64,000 nt of DNA from Neoechinorhynchus agilis (Eukaryota; Animalia; Acanthocephala), in assembly GCA_051530055.1 (NCBI GenBank), contig CM121341.1:10704784-10768783 (forward strand). The letters are read 5' to 3'. Position 1 is the stretch's first letter, and the number at the start of each line of letters is the position of its first letter. Below, piece by piece: positions 48,713 to 59,819 of the stretch. The notes beneath the pieces were generated by a model. The model had not been told where the DNA came from, did no database searches, and worked only from the letters and a program-made list of their open reading frames with translations. A program made the position numbers and the translations under genes.

Positions 48713-50300
48713 ATGAAATCATTCACAACACTGCTGTGGATCACTCAGGTGCTGTCCTGGTGTAACGGTCGAAAGGACGGATGCAGCGTTCCCTCGTTGC
48801 ACAGCAAGACTTATGTTTTCTAGGAGGAATGCTCCTGATCTCGGATCGCCAGTGATTCGTCTTAGTTTCTTAGACAATTGCCTGATCAAGTCCTGCGCCG
48901 CGATACCAAACGACCCGAATGTCTCGAAGCCAAAGGAAACAAAATAATGATTTCGACCCAGGTCCCTGTATTTTGTTCTTTTGCGTTCCTCAGTGGCAGT
49001 TGCTGCTCCCCTCCGGTTTAACAGTGGAGATTTTTATGTTGCTGGCTGCGAACGTGGCGTCCTAGAGAAGGCGTTTTCCTTCTCGCCAAGGGAATATTGC
49101 GACACCGTCCGGTCTATAGCGGCTATCGAGCCGGCAAAGATTGCTCGGCTCTAAGATGTTGGGCGCATTCACATTATTCAGGGCACGACTAAGAATTACG
49201 TTACGGTCCCTCCTAGACGGCAGCGATGGGATGTGAACATCAGCACCCTAAGTTTCGGGGACACTGGAATCCTTACTGTCTCGTCGGAGAGAAGGGTACC
49301 AACAGAAGCGATTGGGATAGGAGCCAAGCACCTGATTCTCTTGTATAGACCGCCGCCATACCTGCTCGCTGCCTGGATATCCACACCAAAGATTAAGCGC
49401 CTCCACGAAATCTTCTTCCAAAGTGTAATTCTCGCTAAGAACGGATTGAACAACTTTGCGGCTTGCTTCACACGATCCCGAAATAAGCTGGCAGAGAAAT
49501 ATCGGCTGGTTTTCGGATACCCAAACCGCCGGACGACACAGGCAAAGACGCTTGACGTCAGGCATCGTCCGACAGCTGAGTATCTAAAAATTTTCCCGAG
49601 AGAGGCTTTCACCATCCCGCCTAATTTTGCCAGCTTATCATTATGTCTAAAACATAAGGGACCGTATCGAAGGACGAGGATACATCGAAATACTGCCGAC
49701 CGCCGTTACTGGGATGTTTGGAACGAAGAGCTCGTAAAATTTCTTCGTTATATTTGGCGAGACTGTCCATTGATGACAAAAGGTGAACGGCTCCTTTAAC
49801 TTGAAGAAAGGCGTCCAGCCAGCGACCGATTTGAGTTTCGGCGCTGGTCAGGCTCATGGGAACACTCCTTACGTAGCTCGCATGCTGTTGAAAAACACTG
49901 AGTAAAATTTTCGTTAACAGAACTTATTCGCTATTTTATTTTTGTGGTCAGAGATCCTCAGAAATATCACCAGCGGAAACACTAGTCTAGGGAACGCAAA
50001 GAGACGCATCCACGACAACTCTGAGTTAGTCTCGATGCAGTCTGTCAATAAGTAGGTGAATCTCTTTGCGGCCTTATATCGCGCGCCCCTTCTGATTCTT
50101 TTTAGAACGTTCCTGGGTAGAACTCGCACAATATTCCCTATAAATGGAATTTCATTTTGTACTGGTGATGCCGTGATAGAATTTTGGCGACCCTAACCGC
50201 CGCAACGTGATTTGCGGAGTCCATATACCCTAAGAACTCCTCCACTCGGTGTCATCGGTGGTGGAGACATCGGTGTCGTCATGAACCATTTTAATAAATA
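48713..50300 (-). mobile_element. CRE derivative copy A4, longest, with extra 5' coding sequence
   Basis: As A1, plus upstream VLKRIRRGARYKAAKRFTYLLTDCIETNSELSWMRLFAFP, resembling the CRE N-terminal LKRIP..R..AA..L....W..L..F region. 5' boundary approximate. Confidence 0.8.
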
Positions 50301-51591
50301 TGTCCTTTCCCTACCGTTAAAAGCACAAATATAATTTTTCACTTGTGAAGGTAATCCCGGCTAAAAATCATTTTATTGTACTGCGATATCTCGAAAGGGG
50401 GTACCTCGCTTTATCAATCATTGCTTGTAAGTTTTTCAACTTTGCTGTTTCAAATCACTTCTCCCCAGCATGTTAAGAACTTTGATATGTGTAGCTTAGC
50501 TTGAAAAACTGGATAAATCACGTTGGGTTTTCGGTTACCTGAACAAAATCTCATACCGAATGGTGCCCGGTCCGAATTAATTCGCGGATAAGCGACGTTC
50601 TATTGTAATTTGTTTAGGTGATGTTCGTTCAAGTCATCCCCTTCTCTGAATTCTGTTGAACGTTTGCAAGTTTGTCTTTCCGCCACTCAACGTACAAATC
50701 TTAGCATATTGACTGTAATCCTCGGAAGCTATTTCCCGTCCTTCTTGCTGTTTATTGCTTGGCTGTGGAACATTTGGTGTGCACATTCTGCTCGTCGAAG
50801 CGTGACTTCTCATTGTATTTTCCTGACTTTCCCCACCGTGAGATTTTGCCCTCCCTTTCCATACAACTCAGCGTCTAACACGTGGATAAAAACCTCTTCC
50901 GAAGCTACAAACTCTCTGATTTCCGTGGCGAAGATTGAATGAAGAGGTCAAATGCAAAGATCTCGAAATCTGAGAATTCGTTCCAGAACTGTCTTCACTT
51001 TAAATATCATCAACATGCCAAGTTTTCAAGTTGAAGAAAAATGACTTTGATTAATTCGCTATAGTTATTTAGAGTGGATTTCGCGACGTATGTCCACTCC
51101 GTTTCATCAGGTGAATCCATCGCATCACAAGAAGGTGAGATGGGGGGGAAGAAATGGCTTGATTTTAACGTGTAGAATACCTTGTCGTCCGTCATTATTC
51201 AAAGCATTTTTCTACAAAAGATCACACTCCGCTTAAGCTAAATATCAAATACCCACATTTGTCAATGAGCTCTACTTAAATTTCGAGAAAAAAACGGAAA
51301 AATTGATACGAAATTTATTTGGTCCGATATTTCTACACAATCTCGATATATCGCACTAAATAAATTTATCTTCAATTTTTAGACCATAAACGAACATTTT
51401 AGAATTTTGGTAACCGTACTCCCGGCAATGACATATTTGATTTATTTGAAATATTTTACGAGGTTGCGCGGGCGTACGGTCAATAGAAAATTATAACTCG
51501 ATTATCCTGAAAAAATTCCTTTTTTCCAACAATTTCATTAATGACAAAGATCGCGAACAAACGTCCTCATATGGCAAAATGCAACTTTTGA

Positions 51592-52331
51592 TCAATCGAT
51601 ATCGAGCGTCGTTTTTATCAAAGAAGCAAGTTCATAGAGAACGGGAATGGGTAGTTTATACGTACCTAAAATAGTGTATTGATCAAGTTCAAAATGAGCT
51701 CCACTTATAGCACTCTCATCTTCTACACTGATGCCGGCTGGATTCTTCATGTACCTAATAAATATACCGAATCTTCGATTGCTTCTGGTCGATCCAATAA
51801 GAGCGGAAGCATCGTCTACTCCATCTCTCAAACTTAACTCATGAGCAGTTGCTAATGTTTGTAGAGCTTGGAACGTGAGTGGCTGAGTAGGAGTAGTAGC
51901 CCCGATCGAATGAACAGCTTCAGTGTCGATACTGAAGAAAATGAGTGGTTCCATGAATCGAGCTCTCGTAATATGAACTCCTTTTGTTCGCTGAATTTCA
52001 ATAGTTTCGATTTCTCCATAGGCGTACATGGCAAATAGTAATGATCACTTTGTCTTTTTAACCCTCCCCACAATGAAAAAGACAGATTGATTAGCAATAT
52101 CAAGTATATTGCTGAACAATAAAAGAGGTTCCGTCGTTCAAATCCAACGATTACAGAAGTGAAGAGAATAAAGCCGATAAGATATAGACCGCATTTGCTC
52201 AATATGTGAACTCTTCGTCGGACGCAAATGAACGCGTGTACTTCACTACAATGAATTGTGCTCAGATCCCAATTCGATCCACTGAACAGAAGATGCTCTT
52301 TTGGGTAATCCGAAGAATTTGTGGACGCCAT
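51592..52331 (-). CDS. Hypothetical two-TM protein of about 246 aa, split by one apparent frameshift near 52032
   Basis: ORF 52331-51852 (two hydrophobic helices) overlaps ORF 52029-51592; adding one T at TATTTGCC fuses them (...DHYYFAMYAYGEIE...). Confidence 0.4.
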
Positions 52332-52369
52332 CAGAAATGTAACGATCTTGTTCTAGGAAAATGAAAGAG

Positions 52370-55165
52370 AGAAAACTCCAACGAGATTAAAGGTAATCCA
52401 GAGAAGCCTTTCTCTAAACGATTAGAAAGCAAAAAAATCGAAATATTATTTCACATTTGAGAAACTCACAGGTGAGACTCCAAAAAGATTAAAAGAAATC
52501 CTTAGACGACATTTTCTCAAATATTAGTTAGGAAAGTCCAATTTCTCGGAAAATTACTTCACATTAGAGAAACTCACAGGTGAAACTACAATGAGATTAA
52601 AGGAAATCCTTCGACGCCATTTTCTTTTTTAAAGATTATTTTACAATAGAGAAACTCACAGATGAAATTCTAACGAGATTAAAGGAAATCCTTAGACGAC
52701 ATTTTCTCCAATATTAGTAAGGAAAATTTCAATTTTTTTAAAAAATATTTCACAATTAAGAAACTCACAGAGAAAACTCCAACGAGATTAAAGGAAATCC
52801 TTAGACGACATTTTCTCGAATATTGGTTAAGAAAATGTCTAATTTTTCGGAAAATTAATTCACAATAGAGAAACTAACAAAGAAAACTCCAACGAGAATA
52901 AAAGAAATCCTTAGACGACATTTTCTTGAATATTAGTTAGGAAAGTCTAATTTTTCGGAAAATTACTTCACAATTGAGAAACTCACAGAGAAAACTCCAA
53001 CGAGATTAAAGGAAATCCTTAGATGACATTTTCTCGAATATTAGTTAAGAAAATCCCCAATTTTTCGAAAGATTATTTCACAATAGAGAAACTGACAGAG
53101 AAAACTCCAACGAGATTAAAGGAAATCCTTAGACGACATTTTCTCGAATATTAGTTAAGAAAATCTCTAATTTTTCGGAAAATTACTTCACAATAGAGAA
53201 ACTCACTGGTGAAACTCAAGTGAGATTAAAAGAAATCCTTCGACGCCATTTTCTCGAATATTAGTTAAGAAAATCTCTAATTTTTGGGAAAATTATTTTA
53301 CAATTGAGAAACTCACAGAGAAAACTCCAACGAGATTAAAAGAAATTCTTAGACGACATTTTCTCGAATATTAGTTAGGAAAATCTCTAATTTTTCGGAA
53401 AATTACTTCACATTTGAGAAACTCACAGAGAAAACCCAACGAGATTAAAAGAAATCCTTCGACGCAATTTTCTTGAATATTAGTTAGGAAAGTCTCTATT
53501 TTTCGGAAAATTACTTCACAATTTAGAAACTCACAGAGAAAACTCCAACGAGATTAAAAGAAATCCTTAGACGACATTTTCTCGAATATTAGTTAAGAAA
53601 ATCTCCAATTTTTCGAAAGATTATTTCACAATAGAGAAACTGACAGAGAAAACTCCAACGAGATTAAAGGAGATCCTTAGACGACATTTTCTAGAATATT
53701 AGTTAAGAAAATCTCTAATTTTTCGGAAAATTACTTCACAATAGAGAAACTCACTAGTGAAACTCAATTGAGATTAAAAGAAATCCTTCGACGCCATTTT
53801 CTCGAATATTAGTTAAGAAAATCTCTAATTTTTCGGAAAATTATTTCACAATTGAGAAACTCACAGGGAAAACTCCAACGAGATTAAAAGAAATTCTTAG
53901 AGGACATTTTCTCGAATATTAGTTAGGAAAATCTCTAATTTTTCGGAAAATTACTTCACAATTGAGAAACACAGAGAAAACCCAACGAGATTAAAAGAAA
54001 TCCTTCGACGCAATTTTTGCGAATATCGGTAAGGAAAATCTGCAATTTTTCGGAAGATTATTTCACATTTGAGAAGCTCACAGAGAAAACTCCAACGAGA
54101 TTAAAAGAAATCCTTCGACGGCATTTTCTCGAATATTAGTAAGGAAAATCTCCAATTTTTCGAAAGATTATTTCACAATAGAGAAACTTACAGGTGAAAC
54201 TCCAACGAGATTAAAGGAATTCCTTAGACGACATTTTCTCGAATATTGGTTAGAAAATGTCTAATTTTTCGGAAAATTACTTCACAATAGAGAAACTCAC
54301 TGGTGAAACTCAAGTGAGATTAAAAGAAATCCTTCGAGCCATTTTCTCGAATATTAGTTAAGAAAATCTCTAATTTTTGGGAAAATTATTTTACAATTGA
54401 GAAACTCACAGAGAAAACTCCAACGAGATTAAAAGAAATCCTTAGACGACATTTTGTCGAATATTAGTTAGGAAAATCTCTAATTTTTCGGAAAATTATT
54501 TCACAATTGAGAAGCTCACAGAGAAAACTCCAACGAGATTAAAAGAAATCCTTCGACGGCATTTTCTCGAATATTAGTAAGGAAAATCTGCAATTTTTCG
54601 GAAGATTATTTCACAATAGAGAAACTTACAGGGGAAACTCCAACGAGATTAAAAGAAATCCTTAGACGACATTTTCTCGAATATTAGTTAGGAAAATCTC
54701 TAATTTTTCGGAAAATTAATTCACATTTGAGAAACTCACAGGTGAAACTCAAGTGAGATTAAAGGAAATCCTTAGACGACATTTTCTTGAATATTAGTTA
54801 GGAAAGTCTCTAATTTTTCGGAAAATTAATTGACATTAGAGAAACTCACAGAGAAAACTCAAACGAGATTAAAAGAAATCCTTAGACGACATTTTCTTGA
54901 ATATTAGTAAGGAAAGTCTCTAATTTTTCGGAAAATTACTTCACAATTGAGAAACTCACAGAGAAAACTCCAACGAGATTAAAAGAAATCCTTCGACGGC
55001 ATTTTCTCGAATATTAGTAAGGAAAATCTGCAATTTTTCGGAAGATTATTTCACAATTGAGAAACTTACAGGTGAAACTCCAATGAGATTAAAGGAAATG
55101 CTTCTTGAGTATTAGCAAGGAAAATCTCTAATTTTTCGGAAAATTACTTCACAATTGGGAAAGCA
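52370..55165. repeat. Tandem array, about 110-bp unit, about 25 diverged copies
   Basis: GAGAAACTCACAGAGAAAACTCCAACGAGATTAAAAGAAATCCTTAGACGACATTTTCTCGAATATTAG... recurs every 108-111 bp. Confidence 0.97.
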
Positions 55166-55940
55166 TGAAATGGATACATGCCGACCACTTGGTTATTCCG
55201 TTCTTTCTGCTTCAAAATCGATTCTCTCAACCGTTTTGTCTTTCGTTCCCAACTTCTTCATATAGTAAAATCTCGTAAGTAGTGTGAAGTTTGGTTGGGT
55301 TTCGTTTGTTCTTGATTTCGTCTTGTATAGGATTTATTTACTAAGTTGTTTGTTATGCCTTTTGTGAATTTAAATGATTTTGAATTCATTTACTTTTGTT
55401 TTGCGACTTTTAAAAAGTTGTATAATCTGAGCCCTGTTTTTAAAGGACGATGCACTTTGATTCCAAGGTATGGAATTGAACACAAAAAATGAGAAAATCG
55501 ATTTTGTTGTGTATTGTTGTTGATATTGATTAGTCCGTCACTGTCCCGGAATCCGTGAGGTTTTTCGAAATTAAAGGTTGTCACGACCCACTTTGCTCGA
55601 TTTTTGCGCCAACTAAAAGTTTTTCGTGCATTGATAAGAAAATATTCTTTTAAAAAGTTAATTTTCGTTTTATTCTTGCTAGCTAATCAAACAATTTCGC
55701 ATCGAATTCCGATAAATTCTTTATGAGAATACATTGAATAAATCACCCTCTTTTTTACGAAACGTTCCTTTTTGTAGACTGTATTTTATTTTAAAGAAAT
55801 TAACAAACTGAAGTTTTTCGCTACCTCTCAAAAAGGAAATAAAACTCATTTTTTGCGGGATACTTCCATTTATAGACTGGTATTTTAAGACATTTTTTTG
55901 GAAAGCAACTCTTTCATTTACACACACAACAACAAAACGT

Positions 55941-56190
55941 TTAAACAACTACCACCGTCCACGAAGAAGAGGCACCGACCACACTCGCCTTGTTTCCTCT
56001 TTGGATCGCGAGACCAATGTTTTGGCGTAGGAAGGCTCCAGCTCTTGTATTTCCTGTCTTAGCCTGGAGTCTACTCGATAACTCCTTCGTAAATCTAAGT
56101 GGCGAGCTACCGAGCGCACCAAACGTGAGACCTACTAAATTCTCTATACTGCGCCACCTTTCGGTCCTTGTGGGCTGCACCACAAACCTC
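55941..56190 (-). mobile_element. 3' fragment of a third CRE-type element
   Basis: TFGALGSSPLRFTKELSSRLQAKTGNTRAGAFLRQNIGLAIQRGNKASVVG. Confidence 0.8.
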
Positions 56191-57072
56191 TCAATTTTTC
56201 ACTGAAACATATTTCAAAATACTGATAAAAACTTTATTATTTAAGTTCAAAAACGCGCACCGAAGAGGTTTTATTTTCTGAATACTCTTTTGCTCACAAT
56301 ATTGCCTTATAAGCAAATCCTGATTTGTTTTTCTCGGCTTGTGAGCGTAATCCGTATGTTTATCAACGCACCCTTAATAATATGCGTTTCCTTCCTATGA
56401 GTTACTCATATTCTCACCCACATCGCAACCGATTCTCCCTAGACATTACTGAGACACATTCTCTATATTCATCATGTCTTTTTTGTTTGGTCAAACATAG
56501 ATCTGAACGCTAGATGCATTCAGTCCTTTTACAACGACGAATACTCTAAGTCATCCTTTTTTCTAAAGTGACCTTTTCAAATTCAAAATCACGAAGACGC
56601 CATTCGGATATTCTTATAATTTTAGAAAAAGACTTTTGTGGTGAAACCTCGCTTCATCAAGCATTGGAAATTAATTGACTAGATTTGTCCCGGGATTATC
56701 CATTCCGATGGATTTTCTCGATATGATTAGTCAACGTTTACTTCGTTTAAGCCCTACAATGTATAAAAAATCTTGTTAACATTCAGATACTCCCATAATT
56801 GAAATTTTATTCGTCTATTTTCGAACCGTAAAATCAATAATGCCTTTACTTTCCAAAAAGAAGTCCTGCTGAAAAATCTCGCTTTAATCCTTTGCACTAT
56901 AAACTTATATTGTGTTTTTTGAACTGCATCTGTTTTGACCGATTGAATCATACTTTGGTTTCCAATTTATATGTACTAATTGTAGTCTTTTCATGAGATA
57001 AATGGACTCATAGCTTTGTATATCACATATACTTTTTATTGTCTTAGTATTTCTAAAATTGATTTAATAAAA

Positions 57073-57205
57073 TGGAATTATTATTTAGGTCTACACCCGG
57101 TAAATGATTATTTCGATTAAAGACGTTCTGCGAACCTCGTCGGGTTCCTGATGATAATTCCAATCACATTCCCCGGTACCTGCCCACACATCGACAATTA
57201 ATAAA
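57073..57205. mobile_element. Truncated copy of family H3
   Basis: TGGAATTATTATTTAGGTCTACACCCGGTAAATGATTATTTCGATTAAAGACGTTCTGCGAACCTCGTCGGGTTC...ATAATTCCAATCACATT. Confidence 0.75.
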
Positions 57206-57469
57206 TGCCTTCAGTCATGAAAAAACCCATGTATTCTTGTGTTTGTTTTCTATGTCGAAAAAATAGAAGTAGTAATTTATTAGGTCCGATAGCGACTAGA
57301 AAATTTTCGCCATAAATATAGTATTGGCTATGTTGAGCATCACTATTTTTCTATGTTTTAAGACCGATACACTTAATTCGGGCAGAACTGGTTTTTGTTC
57401 AAAGCGACTCCTTTATACATTCTTACCTTTGTTCTTGAGCGAGACGTTCCTTTATTGTTTTAGATAAAA

Positions 57470-59029
57470 ATGCTCTGTCAAATTGTCGCCCGTCACGCAG
57501 TAGCCCGAGCTCGTATTTTAGCTTTTTCTGGAATGAACTCAGTGAGCCATCTGAGTGTACTTCGCCGATCCAAAAGTACTGCTTTCGTGTCCAAGGAGCA
57601 ATCTATTCAGTTTAGAGTGGAAACCGACACATTTGGAGACATGAAGGTTCCAGAAGAGAAGTACTACGGTGCACAGACCGCTCGTTCACTTCAGAATTTT
57701 AAAATTGGTGGTGCAAGTGAGCGTATGCCGGAGGCTGTAATCGAAGCTTTTGGATACCTTAAAAAGGCGGCAGCTCTCGTAAATACTCAATACGGTCTAG
57801 ATGGAAAGATTAGTGATGCGATATGTAAAGCAGCCGACGACGTTATTGCTGGTGAGTTGTCTAATGATTTCCCTCTTGTTGTGTGGCAGACCGGATCTGG
57901 AACACAGACAAACATGAACGTTAACGAAGTAATTGCAAATCGAGCCATTGAAATCTTAGGAGGACAAAAGGGATCAAAGAACCCAGTTCATCCAAACGAT
58001 CACGTCAACAAAAGTCAAAGTTCAAACGATACATTTCCAACTGCAATGCACGTTGCATGCGCTCTACAGTTAACTCGGAAACTATTACCAGCTCTCGATA
58101 AACTCCATAATGCTTTGAGTACCAAATCAAAGGAGTTTGAAAAGTATGTGAAAATTGGAAGGACTCATCTTCAAGATGCAGTACCTATGACACTTGGGCA
58201 GGAGTTTTCTGGGTATGCTCATCAAATACGATCTAGTATTGAACGAATGCATTCAACGATGCCGCGCCTCTTAGAACTCGCAATTGGAGGAACTGCTGTT
58301 GGAACAGGTCTAAACGCTCCTCATGGATTCGCTCATCAAGTAGCCTCAAAGATCTCAGATTTAACTGGTCTTCCTTTCAAATCAGCTCCAAATAAGTTCG
58401 AAGCCCTAGCTACTCACGACACAATGGTAGAGGTCAGTGGCCAGTTGAATACGCTAGCTGTTAGTCTTATGAAAATTGCGAATGATATTCGATTGCTTGG
58501 ATCCGGTCCCCGATGTGGACTAGGCGAGCTTATTTTACCTGAAAACGAACCAGGCTCAAGTATCATGCCCGGAAAAGTGAATCCGACTCAATGTGAAGCA
58601 GCAACAATGGTGGCTGCTCAAGTGATGGGAAATCATGTGGCCACGACCGTCGGCGGATCATGCGGTCATTTTGAGCTCAATGTGTTTAAACCCATGATCA
58701 TTAGAAATGTGCTTCATTCCATTCAAATTCTGTCAGATTCAATGGAATCATTCAGCGAGCGATGTGTCTGTGGCATTCAAGTGGATGCTGATAGACTTGA
58801 CCGGTATCTCAATGAGTCACTCATGCTTGTAACTGCACTGAATCCCGTTATTGGTTATGATAAGGCCGCTAAGATTGCCAAGAAGGCTCACAAAGAGAAT
58901 TGCACCCTTCGTGAAGCATGTCTAGGGCTCGGGTATCTTGATAAGGAAAAGTTTGATGAAATCGTTAAACCCGAGAAGATGACGAAGCCAGCCAAAGCTA
59001 AGGCGCAACCGAAGAAGGAGGATGATTAA
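57470..59029 (+). CDS. FH: Class II fumarate hydratase with mitochondrial presequence, intronless, 519 aa
   Basis: RVETDTFG...[51 protein letters not shown], signature [11 protein letters not shown]. Confidence 0.98.
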   Translation: MLCQIVARHAVARARILAFSGMNSVSHLSVLRRSKSTAFVSKEQSIQFRVETDTFGDMKVPEEKYYGAQTARSLQNFKIGGASERMPEAVIEAFGYLKKAAALVNTQYGLDGKISDAICKAADDVIAGELSNDFPLVVWQTGSGTQTNMNVNEVIANRAIEILGGQKGSKNPVHPNDHVNKSQSSNDTFPTAMHVACALQLTRKLLPALDKLHNALSTKSKEFEKYVKIGRTHLQDAVPMTLGQEFSGYAHQIRSSIERMHSTMPRLLELAIGGTAVGTGLNAPHGFAHQVASKISDLTGLPFKSAPNKFEALATHDTMVEVSGQLNTLAVSLMKIANDIRLLGSGPRCGLGELILPENEPGSSIMPGKVNPTQCEAATMVAAQVMGNHVATTVGGSCGHFELNVFKPMIIRNVLHSIQILSDSMESFSERCVCGIQVDADRLDRYLNESLMLVTALNPVIGYDKAAKIAKKAHKENCTLREACLGLGYLDKEKFDEIVKPEKMTKPAKAKAQPKKEDD

Positions 59030-59819
59030 ATCGTGAGGAACGATTTTATGGCAAACCTTAGTATTAGTATCCGATAAAATTTCGTCAATTGTGTATGTCA
59101 GCGAATGTAATTGAGCTGAGATCCGAATAAGTATGCAATAATGTTTTAACATTTTTCAAACGACGAAACACGAATCCCAAAAAAATCCATTACTTCCAAC
59201 AAAACGTAAGACTTCATTCTAAGTCTTACGGTCTTAGAAATATTTTTGCATATTTTTGCTTTCATAGCGATGCATTCGAGACGATATAATAACTTAATCT
59301 CTACCTTATAACAAGTTTGAGAAGAATGAACGAGTATATCTACAGATCACCATGGGTTCCTGGCGATCCCTGAACAACTTCAGGGTTTAAACGGAGAAAA
59401 GTGTGATAAATATTTATTATTATGCACAAACAAAAATAAATTTGTGTTTAGAGATGTTAAGGTCCAGAGTAAAATATAAACGTATGTGTTCTTTGGTGAT
59501 GAGAAGATCCAACGATACGGACGAAATATTGAGAACAATCAATATCTATCATGGATAACTTCTTTACATAAAAATATAAAAAGATCTCTCCTAGACAAAA
59601 AGTCGGTTCTAGTATGTGAATTAAATCTGAACTGAATTTAAGATTTATAATTTAATATGAATCTTATAGAACTTATTTTGATGTACCTAAAACATCAACG
59701 GTATTGTTTTGAATTTAAAAGTCTAAGGATTTAAAAGTTGGAGAAAGCTTCACATTCGCATAGGCATCCATAGTGGCCTTTGCATAATTTATGATATGGA
59801 AGGCCCCGATTAGTTTTAA

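Noticed and set aside
50600-51195. ORFs at 50664-50942 (+) and 51010-51195 (-), plus a stop-interrupted minus frame
   Set aside because: No ATG or splice structure or motif that I can support.
52370-55165. Possible CRISPR-like array
   Set aside because: Whole units repeat with no unique spacers, the context is eukaryotic, and no cas genes are present.
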